Shown one piece after another: positions 42,278 through 50,982 of a stretch of DNA of 64,000 bases; within the stretch, counting starts at the first letter, position 1, and each line of letters begins with the position of its first letter. Where the stretch lies: the IMG/VR virus record IMGVR_UViG_2574179795_000001, positions 23,063-87,062 of that record; one strand, written 5' to 3'. The stretch comes from a virus (taxonomy: Duplodnaviria > Caudoviricetes). The notes beneath the pieces are model-generated. The model saw only the letters and a list, made by a program, of their open reading frames with translations. It had not been told where the DNA came from and made no database searches. A program made the position numbers and the translations under genes.

Positions 42278-43926
42278 TGACCACACCAGCAGATGACTTC
42301 ACGGAACTGCGTGACGCCGACATCCCCCGCGTTGACCTCGTGGACAAGGCGGCGAACGGCACCACGTTCCTGATTGCCAAGCGCGCCGACGGCGAGGGCC
42401 TCATGGACCCCGGCTTCGTCCGGGACCTGATCGGCAAGGCCGCACCCGAGCCCACCCGCGAGGAAACCGTGACCATGACTGGCAGCCCCAGCGCACTCAT
42501 GAAGCTCATCCACGAAGCCACAGTGCGCCGCGAGGCCGCGCCGATCGCCAAGGCCGACCACTCGGCCTCGCAGGACGAAGAGGTAACCAAGATGGTCGGC
42601 GGAGAACTGGACGACGGCGTCGACGGCATGGACCCCACCGTGGTCCTCGCCGCACCCGAGAGCGACGACGCCCCAGGCGATCCCAACGAGCCCGGCAGCC
42701 CCGCCTGGGAAGCCGTGGACGCGGCGACCGCCCAGAAGTGGACGTCGATCGCGGTCCGCCTCAAGAACGCCCTCGGGGTCCTCGCGGACCGGGAGATGCT
42801 CGAAGCCGCCACCGCCGACCCCGACGACGCCGACAACGCCTGGGACCTGCAGGACGCGCAGGCCGCCCTCGACTACGTCATCGACATCCTCGCCGGGTTC
42901 GCCGTCGACGAGCAGGCCGAAGCCGAACTGTGCACCGAAGCGATGGAGCAGGTCGGCAAGGCACTCGGCGGGTTCGACACCGCCCCGCTCGACACGTTCG
43001 AGGCCCTCGCTCCGGTCGCCAAGGCCGGCCGCAGCCTGTCCGCGGCGAACGAGCAGGCCATCCGTGACGCCGTCAGCAGCCTGCAGAAGGTACTCGCCTC
43101 CCTGCCCGCCGCGCCCATCGAGAAGGACAGCGGCCCCCTGGCCGCCAACGCCGCCCGCGAGGAGCCGACCATGACCGAGCCGACCACGGCCGCCGACACC
43201 ATCGAAGCCGCAGGCGCGGCACCCGCCATGGGCGCCCAGAAGCCGATGGCCAAGGCTGACGCCGACAAGCCCGAAATGGTCGCCGTCTACGACCAGAACG
43301 GCAACCTCGTCGGAGTGGTCGACCCCACCGACATCACCGTGATCCAGGGCGCCGGATCCAACAAGGCGTCGGACGACGGCACTTCCGAGGCAGGCGACGC
43401 CGACACTTCGGACGACGCCGACGCCACCCAGACCACCGACCTCGAACCGCAGCCCGCGGACCAGGCCGGAACCCCCGCCGACGCCGCCCCCGACAACGGC
43501 GACGACGACACCGTCACCAAGAAGACCACCGACGAGAACAACACCTTCTCGGACATGTTCAAGAGCAGCCTCCTGGCTGCGGTCGAAGACGTCATGACGA
43601 AGCACAGCGCCTCGCAGACCGCGGAGATCGCCAAGACCGGCGATGCGGTCATCGAACTGGCGGAGCTCGTCGAGACGCTCAAGGGCCGCATCGGGACGCT
43701 GGAGGAGCAGCCCGCCGAGCCGAAGATCTTCACCCAGGGGGCCGGCCCCACGCCGCAGAATCTGCGCGGCCAGGACCGAGACGCCCCCGCGATCGACGTC
43801 ACGAAGGCCCAGGAACTCAAGAAGAGCCTCATGGCCTCCACCGACGCCGTCGAACAGCGCAACATCGCGGCCCTCATGAACCAGCAGGCCCGACTCGCGT
43901 TCGACCAGCTCCAGCAGCGCAGCTGA
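42277..43926 (+). CDS. Scaffold protein carrying an N-terminal protease-derived segment
   Basis: ELRDADIPRVDLVDKAANGTTFLIAK, then long acidic Ala-rich coiled-coil; between protease and capsid. Confidence 0.75.
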   Translation: MTTPADDFTELRDADIPRVDLVDKAANGTTFLIAKRADGEGLMDPGFVRDLIGKAAPEPTREETVTMTGSPSALMKLIHEATVRREAAPIAKADHSASQDEEVTKMVGGELDDGVDGMDPTVVLAAPESDDAPGDPNEPGSPAWEAVDAATAQKWTSIAVRLKNALGVLADREMLEAATADPDDADNAWDLQDAQAALDYVIDILAGFAVDEQAEAELCTEAMEQVGKALGGFDTAPLDTFEALAPVAKAGRSLSAANEQAIRDAVSSLQKVLASLPAAPIEKDSGPLAANAAREEPTMTEPTTAADTIEAAGAAPAMGAQKPMAKADADKPEMVAVYDQNGNLVGVVDPTDITVIQGAGSNKASDDGTSEAGDADTSDDADATQTTDLEPQPADQAGTPADAAPDNGDDDTVTKKTTDENNTFSDMFKSSLLAAVEDVMTKHSASQTAEIAKTGDAVIELAELVETLKGRIGTLEEQPAEPKIFTQGAGPTPQNLRGQDRDAPAIDVTKAQELKKSLMASTDAVEQRNIAALMNQQARLAFDQLQQRS

Positions 43927-43947
43927 CGCCAGCGCCCCACCCACTTC

Positions 43948-43985
43948 AAAGCCCCTGCCGGCCACGCCGACAGGGGCTTTCGCAT
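43948..43985 (+). promoter_or_regulatory. Hairpin plus TTTCGCAT upstream of the capsid gene
   Basis: AAAGCCCCTG/CAGGGGCTTT stem. Confidence 0.55.
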
Positions 43986-44003
43986 ACCCAGAGGTAGGCA
44001 CTC

Positions 44004-45497
44004 ATGAACAACCAGCAGGAAATGACGGAGGCTACCCTGGCGGCAATCGCCAAGGCCTCGACCACCGGCATCACCAGCGCGACCGGCCTGTACTCCTACG
44101 ACCTCGGACCGCTCGTCCAGCTCGTCCCCGTCGTCACCCCGGCCCGCGACGCCATCCCCCGTGTCACCGCCACCGACGGTAACCCGTACGCCGTGTGGCG
44201 TGCCATTCTCAACAACACCAGCGCCCAGCCCAGCCCGTTCATGGGCCTGGACTTCGCAGCGAACGTCTCCAAGGTGTCCGAGCAGGACTTCCAGGCGAAG
44301 TACATGCGCTCCGGCATGGGCGGCACCGTCACCCTCGACGCGCAGGACTTCTCCAAGGGCTACTCCGATGCCAACGCCGTCGCCACGTTCCAGACCCTGA
44401 ACCAGGTACTGATCGGAGACGACAGGGCCCTCGTCGGCGCCCAGTCCTTCCCGCTGGCCCGGCCCGCCGCCCCCACGCTGACCCAGCACGCCACCGGTGG
44501 CAGCATCGGCGCCGTCCAGGTGTACGTGGGCGTCGCCGCCCGAACCGGGATCGGCTACTACTACGGCACCGGCAACAGCCGTGGCAACAGCGGCAGCACC
44601 ACGTTCGGATCCGGCACGGCCAACAGCATCACCGGCACCGTCGCCGCCGTGCGGGGCGCCGTCTGCTACGACTGGTTCCAGTCTGCCGACGGCTCGACCT
44701 GGTACTACTACACCACCACCACGGTCAACACGGTCACCATGACCGCGGTCATCAGCTCCAACAACGCGCTGCCGTCCGGCCTCGCGGTCCCCGACCTGTC
44801 CGTGAACTGGAAGGGCACCGCGAACGCCGTCCCGACCATCAACACGTCCGCGGACAACAACTCTGGCGACCCGACCCAGTACGACGGTCTCCTCGCCTCG
44901 CTCGCCGGGGACTACTCCTCGACCGGCCAGTGGGTGCAGTCCGGCACCGCCAACGCGAACCCGTCGACGTTCAGCTCACTCGACGGCGCGTCGCTGACCC
45001 TGGGCGGCGGAAGCGTCAACGAGTTCAACCAGTACCTGTTCCTGCCGCTGTGGAACGCCGTCAAGTGCTCCCCGACTGCGCTGATGATGAACGCGGCGCA
45101 GGCCCAGGAGACCGCAACCCTGATCCTCGGGTCGACCGGTGCGACGACGTTCCTCAACACCGACGCCTCCGGACGTCTCAACGTCACCGCCGGTGGCCGG
45201 GTCGGCAGCGTCATCAACGCCCCGGCCGGCGGCATCGAGGTCCCCATCGAGGTTCACCCGTCGGTTCCGCCCGGCACCATCGTCGCGCGAACGGACAGGG
45301 TGCCGTTCCCGCAGGCCAACGTCTCCAACGTGCTCGAATACCGGGCACTGCGCGACACCTACCGGTACGACTACGCCAGCGCTCGTCTGGCGAACACCGC
45401 CGGCGGCGGCCCTCGGGTCGACTACGAGATCGAGTCGCTCGGAGCCTTCGTGAACCGTGCGCCGGTCGCAATGGCCGTTTTGTCCAATGTGGGCTAA
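44004..45497 (+). CDS. Major capsid protein with internal beta-rich insertion
   Basis: TGLYSYDLG..PVVTPARDAIPRV, QYDGLL, IEVHPSVPPGT; position after scaffold. Confidence 0.85.
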   Translation: MNNQQEMTEATLAAIAKASTTGITSATGLYSYDLGPLVQLVPVVTPARDAIPRVTATDGNPYAVWRAILNNTSAQPSPFMGLDFAANVSKVSEQDFQAKYMRSGMGGTVTLDAQDFSKGYSDANAVATFQTLNQVLIGDDRALVGAQSFPLARPAAPTLTQHATGGSIGAVQVYVGVAARTGIGYYYGTGNSRGNSGSTTFGSGTANSITGTVAAVRGAVCYDWFQSADGSTWYYYTTTTVNTVTMTAVISSNNALPSGLAVPDLSVNWKGTANAVPTINTSADNNSGDPTQYDGLLASLAGDYSSTGQWVQSGTANANPSTFSSLDGASLTLGGGSVNEFNQYLFLPLWNAVKCSPTALMMNAAQAQETATLILGSTGATTFLNTDASGRLNVTAGGRVGSVINAPAGGIEVPIEVHPSVPPGTIVARTDRVPFPQANVSNVLEYRALRDTYRYDYASARLANTAGGGPRVDYEIESLGAFVNRAPVAMAVLSNVG

Positions 45498-45514
45498 GTG
45501 ACCCACCTGGCAAC

Positions 45515-45545
45515 GGAGGCCGGGGGCGACCAACCCTCGGCCTCC
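45515..45545 (+). terminator. Stem-loop after the capsid gene
   Basis: GGAGGCCGGGGG/CCCTCGGCCTCC imperfect stem. Confidence 0.55.
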
Positions 45546-45571
45546 CGCGCACCCAGCAAAAGGGGCTCCTG

Positions 45572-46018
45572 ATGGTGATTCCACCGCCGCGCGCGGCTGT
45601 TCCGCTGCCGCATTTCGTTCCGACGCAGGAGCTGTTCCGGGCGGATGGCCTGACGCTGACTGGCACGTCGAACACGGTGACGGCGAACGTCACCAACCAG
45701 GTCAACGGCGCGACTGGCGGTCTGATCGATGTGTCGTCAGTAGCAAACGGCCTGCTGGTCGTCAACGCGAGCATCGCGCCGACTGGCACCACGCCTGGCC
45801 TGGCAGTGTTCTTCGATGTTCAGGACGCGTACGGCAACTGGTGTTTGGTGTCGAATTCGACGGCGATCTCGGGCGCGGTCCTGAACTCCAGCGGCACGGT
45901 ATACGGCCAGATCTCCAACGGCTACAACCTGTCCTTCGCAGGCCGGATCCGCTGGGTCGTCACAGGCACGGCGACGCCGACGTTCAGTGGCGTGAGCTTC
46001 AGCCTGTACGGCCGCTGA
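45572..46018 (+). CDS. Beta-rich virion (capsid decoration-like) protein (148 aa)
   Basis: AAGGGG SD; Thr/Ser/Gly/Val beta strands, RIRWVVTG..PTF. Confidence 0.7.
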   Translation: MVIPPPRAAVPLPHFVPTQELFRADGLTLTGTSNTVTANVTNQVNGATGGLIDVSSVANGLLVVNASIAPTGTTPGLAVFFDVQDAYGNWCLVSNSTAISGAVLNSSGTVYGQISNGYNLSFAGRIRWVVTGTATPTFSGVSFSLYGR

Positions 46019-46058
46019 CCCACCTATCCACCCGATCTACACCCTCTAGGAGAGCAGC

Positions 46059-46391
46059 ATGCGCCTGTACACGCGCACGGGCGCGACCGCGCTCGACGAC
46101 CCCGAATGGGGCCACTTCGAAGCCGACGAGCAGGGCGGCTTCGACCTTCCCGACCAGCTGGCCGAGCAGCAGCGGGCATTCGCGGTGCGCGGGAGCCACG
46201 CCTGGGAGACCGACATCGAGCGTCAGCACCGGCTTGTCACCGAGGAGCGGGAGCGGCGCCAGGATCCGGCGACACTGTTGCAGGCCGTGGAACAGCTGGT
46301 GAAGGCCCAGGTTCCATCCCCATCGGTCGAGAACGCTGCGCCGGTCAAGCGCACCTCGAAGCGCGCTCCTTCGACCCCGGCTGGCAACTAG
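46059..46391 (+). CDS. Hypothetical head-associated protein
   Basis: AGGAG SD; position after capsid. Confidence 0.7.
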   Translation: MRLYTRTGATALDDPEWGHFEADEQGGFDLPDQLAEQQRAFAVRGSHAWETDIERQHRLVTEERERRQDPATLLQAVEQLVKAQVPSPSVENAAPVKRTSKRAPSTPAGN

Positions 46392-46616
46392 TCAGCGCCA
46401 GGCGGCCAGTGCCCGCTGTCCGAGCCGCCACCCGGCAACGGCAGCCCAGGCAATGCCCTGGTACGTCCAGACGAAGAGCATGACCATGAGCCAGACCATC
46501 AGCTCAAGCATCCGCCACAGCAGCAGGATCGGGCCCACCAGCATCCAGCCGACCGGGCCCATGCTGACCCACTGACGTCGGCCTCTGCCTGCACGCCAGG
46601 ACATGCCAACTCTCAT
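46392..46616 (-). CDS. Antisense small membrane protein (moron, 74 aa)
   Basis: Long Trp/Met/Leu TM region; GGAGGGGAG SD and TACGCT -10-like hexamer upstream. Confidence 0.7.
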   Translation of the reverse strand: MRVGMSWRAGRGRRQWVSMGPVGWMLVGPILLLWRMLELMVWLMVMLFVWTYQGIAWAAVAGWRLGQRALAAWR

Positions 46617-46699
46617 GCTCGTCTCCCCTCCACTTGAGCTGCGGGCAGCGTAGCGGCCATATGCCGCCCGCACCACGAGTTCCGATCAGATGAACGGCG

Positions 46700-47635
46700 G
46701 TGACGGCGATGCCCGCTACGCCCTACATCACACCAGCCATGCTCACTGCCGCCCCGGCAGGATTGTCCTGGTCGGTCGTCCCCACTCTCACGGCCGGCGC
46801 CCCCGCCCAACTGGCGCAGCTCGCCCAGGTCTGCTGGCAGGCGACGTCGGCGGTCGACCGGTACTGCCGGCAGCCGCTGCGGGCCGTCATCAACACGGAG
46901 ACCAGTGCGGGTCCGGGCCTGCCGCGCATCACCTCGGACCGGAACACCCGTAGAGGCACGATCGTGACGCGGCGCTGGCCCGTCACGTCTGTGGCCGCCA
47001 TCCAGGTGTCGCCCTCGATCGCTTTCCCGGAGCAGTGGACGCTGGTTCCGCCCGGCCAGTGGAGGATCCGACACCCAGTGATCCTCTCGGCTGCTCCCAC
47101 CCCGGAGACGGGCCCATCGGGCGGAAACGCCATCGACGTGGCACCCGGATACATCACCTGGGACCGCGGCAAGGGCGGCTGGGACGTGATGACGTCTTAC
47201 CAGTCCGGGCACCCGCACGCCGGACTCGCCGCGTCTGCCACCTCCGGGGCCCAGACGCTGACCGTGGACGACGTCACCGGCTGGGCGGACACCGTCGGGT
47301 TCCTGTACGACGGGGTGTCAACCGAACTGGTCGAGGTGAACGCTGCCGCGGCAACAACCCCCGTGCAACTGCCGGGCATCGGCGGCACTGTGCAGGCCGG
47401 ACCAGGACAGCTGACACTCTCCCAGCCGCTGGCATTCAGCCACGGCGCCGGAGCCGTACTTTCCGCGCTGCCGCCGGACGTCATTCGCGCCACCGCCCTG
47501 CAGGCCTCGGTCATGGCCTTGGAGAACATCGACGCAATCGCCACCCAGTCCCTGTCCGGGCAAATGGCCGGCGGCACCACCATCCTCGCCGAGGAAGTCG
47601 AGCTGATCCTCGACGACTACCGGCGGGTCGCCTGA
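46700..47635 (+). CDS. Head-tail adaptor (connector) with insertion
   Basis: YITPAML...ATSAVDRYCRQPL...Y.SG...LPPDVIRAT...LILDDYRRV. Confidence 0.8.
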   Translation: MTAMPATPYITPAMLTAAPAGLSWSVVPTLTAGAPAQLAQLAQVCWQATSAVDRYCRQPLRAVINTETSAGPGLPRITSDRNTRRGTIVTRRWPVTSVAAIQVSPSIAFPEQWTLVPPGQWRIRHPVILSAAPTPETGPSGGNAIDVAPGYITWDRGKGGWDVMTSYQSGHPHAGLAASATSGAQTLTVDDVTGWADTVGFLYDGVSTELVEVNAAAATTPVQLPGIGGTVQAGPGQLTLSQPLAFSHGAGAVLSALPPDVIRATALQASVMALENIDAIATQSLSGQMAGGTTILAEEVELILDDYRRVA

Positions 47636-48042
47636 TGGCCAGGGCCCGAACCGCCCGCGGCGGCAGCGGGGCAAGCGGAGCCGACGCGGTCCTCAAATTC
47701 CGCAACCGGCTCCTCAACACCTACCGCGGGACCGCCGCGAACACATACGGCGACCTCACCGACGTCGGCACCCTGTACCTCACCGGCGTGCCGGCCGCCC
47801 TTGCCGAGACCACCCAGACCTACTTCGACGCGGCGACCCAACGCAACCAGATCACCCGCGAGATCACCTGCCGCGTCGACTCGTGGGTGGACATCATCAC
47901 CACCGACACGATCGAGGACACCACCACGGGCCTCTACTACCTGATCGAGGGCATCAAATCCGAGCCCGGGATCGGCTACTACCCGCCGCCGAAAATCCTC
48001 ACCCTGCGGATGCGCTCCGGCGTCAGCATCCAATCCGACTGA
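47635..48042 (+). CDS. Head closure/stopper protein
   Basis: TGATG coupling; position; beta-rich. Confidence 0.7.
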   Translation: MARARTARGGSGASGADAVLKFRNRLLNTYRGTAANTYGDLTDVGTLYLTGVPAALAETTQTYFDAATQRNQITREITCRVDSWVDIITTDTIEDTTTGLYYLIEGIKSEPGIGYYPPPKILTLRMRSGVSIQSD

Positions 48043-48056
48043 CGAGGAGCACAGAG

Positions 48057-48434
48057 GTGGGACGCGTTGAGATCGACGACCAGTGGCAGCCGCAAGTCGA
48101 GGACGAACTCCTGAAGCTCTTCAAAGACCGACTGGGCCCGGACATCGCCCGCGACGCCCAGCGGTACTGCCCGGAACGCACCGGCGCCCTCAAGGAGTCG
48201 ATCGAGAACCACATGGAGGACCGGGACCTCATCATCTCCGCCACCGGAGGCGACGACGGCCGCTCCTACGCCGCCTACGTCGAACTCGGCACCAGACCGC
48301 ACATCATCCGCTCACACGGACCGTGGCCACTGCGCAGCGCGGACGGCGAAGTGTTCGGCCCAGTGGTGCACCACCCCGGCACTGTGGCGAAACCGTTCCT
48401 GCGCCCAGCCCTTTTCCAGGAGCGCGGCGACTAA
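48057..48434 (+). CDS. HK97 gp10-like neck protein
   Basis: CPERTGALKESI, YAAYVELGT, PFLRPAL. Confidence 0.85.
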   Translation: MGRVEIDDQWQPQVEDELLKLFKDRLGPDIARDAQRYCPERTGALKESIENHMEDRDLIISATGGDDGRSYAAYVELGTRPHIIRSHGPWPLRSADGEVFGPVVHHPGTVAKPFLRPALFQERGD

Positions 48435-48451
48435 CCACAGGGGGGTGACCG

Positions 48452-48949
48452 GTGGCCAGTCCCCTGCCGCTGGAGGCCAACGACGAGCTCGTCGCAGTCG
48501 CCTGGCTAGCAACGGTGCCGGGCCTGTCCGCCGCGATGGTGGGTACCCAGCTCCCACCGGATGTGAACGCGGACGGCTCCCAAGCCGACTGGATCGAGAC
48601 CGGGTTCGTCACTGTGACCGTGGTCGGCGGCAACCCAGACGACCTGCTGCCCGTCAATCAGCCGGTTCTCCAAGTGGACTGCTGGGCAACCGTGCCCGGC
48701 TCCAACAAACCACCCTGGTGGAAGGCGCACGCGCTTGCCTCCGCGATCCGCCGCGCCACGTGGGACCGGTACCGGATCCCACGCGCACTGTCGCCGGCGG
48801 CATCCGGGGTGGCGTATCCGACGGCGGTCGTGCAGTCCGCCTACATCGCCACCTCGTTCAGGCGCCTGTACGGCGACGACAGCGACTACGCGCGTCTGCA
48901 GGGCGACCTGGCGCTGAGCTGGGTCACAGCCAACGACGTCCTCGACTGA
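48452..48949 (+). CDS. Tail terminator protein
   Basis: Position; PVLQVDCWA; low-complexity-free 165 aa. Confidence 0.75.
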   Translation: MASPLPLEANDELVAVAWLATVPGLSAAMVGTQLPPDVNADGSQADWIETGFVTVTVVGGNPDDLLPVNQPVLQVDCWATVPGSNKPPWWKAHALASAIRRATWDRYRIPRALSPAASGVAYPTAVVQSAYIATSFRRLYGDDSDYARLQGDLALSWVTANDVLD

Positions 48950-48962
48950 TGAAGGAAAAACC

Positions 48963-49112
48963 ATGCCCAAGGTCAGGGTGACCCTCCTGCCGGACCCGAT
49001 CGAGGTCCCCGAGGACGAGGTCGCCGTACTGCGCGCCCAAGGCCTGCTCGTCGAGGACGACGCGCCGGCGGCCCCCGTCAAGCCAGCTCCCAGGAAGGAC
49101 GAGCAGCCGTGA
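48963..49112 (+). CDS. Microprotein (49 aa, not in ORF track)
   Basis: MPKVRVTLLPDPIEVPEDEVAVLRAQGLLV...; GAAGGA SD, GTGA coupling. Confidence 0.65.
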   Translation: MPKVRVTLLPDPIEVPEDEVAVLRAQGLLVEDDAPAAPVKPAPRKDEQP

Positions 49113-49474
49113 CCCTGCTGACTCTTAACCCCACGCAGCAGCCCCGCACGGGGTCGGCTGCCCCCGTCAATTTGACGTCGTTGATGGCAGCCGGTGTGCT
49201 CGGCTCCAACACGGGCGTCAGCTTCGCAAATACTGGCCGCGAGGTGCTGTTCGTCAACGTCGCCTCGGGCGGCTCGACGTGCTCCATCGCAATCGGCACC
49301 ACGATCGAGGGCCAGCCGGTCACGGCACTGACACCGACGCTCACCGCGTCGGCCATCAACGTCCTCGGCCCGTTCCCGTCGGATGAGAACCAACCCGGCG
49401 GCACGATGCAGATCACCTTCGGCACAACCGCGAACGTCACCGTCGCCCTGGTCCAGAACGTCGGCGTGATCTAG
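49109..49474 (+). CDS. Small beta-rich virion protein (121 aa)
   Basis: FANTGREVLFVN, LGPFP..NQP motif. Confidence 0.7.
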   Translation: MTLLTLNPTQQPRTGSAAPVNLTSLMAAGVLGSNTGVSFANTGREVLFVNVASGGSTCSIAIGTTIEGQPVTALTPTLTASAINVLGPFPSDENQPGGTMQITFGTTANVTVALVQNVGVI

Positions 49475-49537
49475 CCCGCTTTCCTGTGTGAATCCGAATC
49501 AAAGGGCCCGCATTGAGGCTCTTTCAAATCTGAGGGG

Positions 49538-50137
49538 ATGATCCCTTTGGCAGTGAATGCGGGCAATTTGGTACTCGGCCCGGCGCGTATGTATATCGCG
49601 CCGTTCGGGTCGACCGAGCCCACTGACGCTTCCGTAACTCCGAATGGCACGGTCACGCCGCCGTCGTCGCCCTGGACGGACGTGGGCGGTACGGACGGCG
49701 GGGTGATGTGGGAGGCGGACAACACCTACACCGCGCTGACCGTCGACCAGGTCATCATGGACGTGGGCGCGCGTCTCACGGAAATGAAGTTCACCGTGAC
49801 GGTCAAGCTGTCCGAGATGACGCTGGCGAACCTGCAGGCCTCACTCAACAACATCGGCACGACCAGCAGCGGTTCGGGGTACTCCACCCTGGACATCAAC
49901 GTTGGCACGTCCGCCTCCCAGCCGTCGTACGCCGCGCTGATCATCGACGGCTGGGCGCCGATGCTGTCCACCGGCCAGCCGGCCCTGCGGCGCGTCATCG
50001 TCCGCAAGGTCCTCAGCCAAGTCAAGGCACAGCTGAGCTTCGACAAGAAGACTCAGCAGTCGCTCGACTGCACGTTCCAGGCGTACTTCGTGAGCAGCAG
50101 CATCGTCCCCGTGCACATCGTGGACCAGACCGCGTAG
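49538..50137 (+). CDS. Major tail (tube) protein
   Basis: GNLVLGPARMYIAP, WTDVGGTDGGV, VTVKLSEMTLANL; start may be GTG 49553. Confidence 0.88.
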   Translation: MIPLAVNAGNLVLGPARMYIAPFGSTEPTDASVTPNGTVTPPSSPWTDVGGTDGGVMWEADNTYTALTVDQVIMDVGARLTEMKFTVTVKLSEMTLANLQASLNNIGTTSSGSGYSTLDINVGTSASQPSYAALIIDGWAPMLSTGQPALRRVIVRKVLSQVKAQLSFDKKTQQSLDCTFQAYFVSSSIVPVHIVDQTA

Positions 50138-50151
50138 GCAACCGCCTGATC

Positions 50152-50188
50152 CGGGAGCCCGGCGTCCACCCAGGGCGCCGGGCTCCCG
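50152..50188 (+). terminator. Stem-loop after the major tail gene
   Basis: 13-bp stem CGGGAGCCCGGCG/CGCCGGGCTCCCG. Confidence 0.65.
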
Positions 50189-50221
50189 CACGCCCACCCT
50201 CACCCTCGAAAGCGACCCCTC

Positions 50222-50626
50222 ATGGCAGCACAGATCTCTGCTTCGAAGAAGCCGGCGGCGAAGAAGGCCACCGCCAAAGCCGCGGCAGCCCCACCGTCCA
50301 CCATTCCGGACAGCTCCGGATTCCAGGTCCTGCGTCTCACCTCGAAGGCACCCGAAGCCCAGGACATGGTGCCACTCTTCGAGATCGACGGCGTCGAGTA
50401 CTCGGTGCCCCGAAATCCCCGCGCGAACATCGCCCTCAAGTACCTGAGCATTCTCGAAGAGCGCGGGCCGGAACTCGCGAGCGTCTTCATCTTCCGGTCA
50501 ATGCTGGGCGACGACGGCTACCGGGCTCTCAGCGACTGCGACTCCCTGACCGGGGACCACCTGGAATGGCTGCTTGAGACGCTGTCCGGCCTCGTGATGG
50601 GAACCCAGGAAGCCCCAAAAGCCTGA
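50222..50626 (+). CDS. Tail assembly chaperone (G-like)
   Basis: Between tail tube and TMP; LFEIDGVEYSVP. Confidence 0.85.
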   Translation: MAAQISASKKPAAKKATAKAAAAPPSTIPDSSGFQVLRLTSKAPEAQDMVPLFEIDGVEYSVPRNPRANIALKYLSILEERGPELASVFIFRSMLGDDGYRALSDCDSLTGDHLEWLLETLSGLVMGTQEAPKA

Positions 50627-50952
50627 GCTTCGTCCCCGAGCGCGCCCAGCAGATCGGCTGGGTCCTCGCGCACCTGGACGACGTAGCCTCCGACATGTCG
50701 GCCTTTCACCGTGTCGATGACATCACCGCCTTGAACGGGCCCACCCTGTTCAAGCTAGCGTGGCGGCTGCCCGCCTACTCCGGGGTCGTGCGCGCACTGC
50801 TCTCGGAGCAGCAGGAAGCCCCAGACCGCCCGATGCCCTACACGCCAGCCGCATCCGCGCCGGGCTCACGAAAGTGGAACCCGGGGACGAAGGCCACACT
50901 CATGGCCGACCCGGACGTCAGCGGCCTTTTCTCCTTCGGGTCCTTCGGATAG
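50614..50952 (+). CDS. -1 frameshift extension of the tail assembly chaperone (GT-like)
   Basis: Slippery C CCA AAA at 50614-20; -1 frame open from 50620 through ORF 50695..50952. Confidence 0.8.
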   Translation, partial: PKSLSFVPERAQQIGWVLAHLDDVASDMSAFHRVDDITALNGPTLFKLAWRLPAYSGVVRALLSEQQEAPDRPMPYTPAASAPGSRKWNPGTKATLMADPDVSGLFSFGSFG

Positions 50953-50982
50953 GCGTCAGACGCCGGCAGGGGGTGATGCCCC

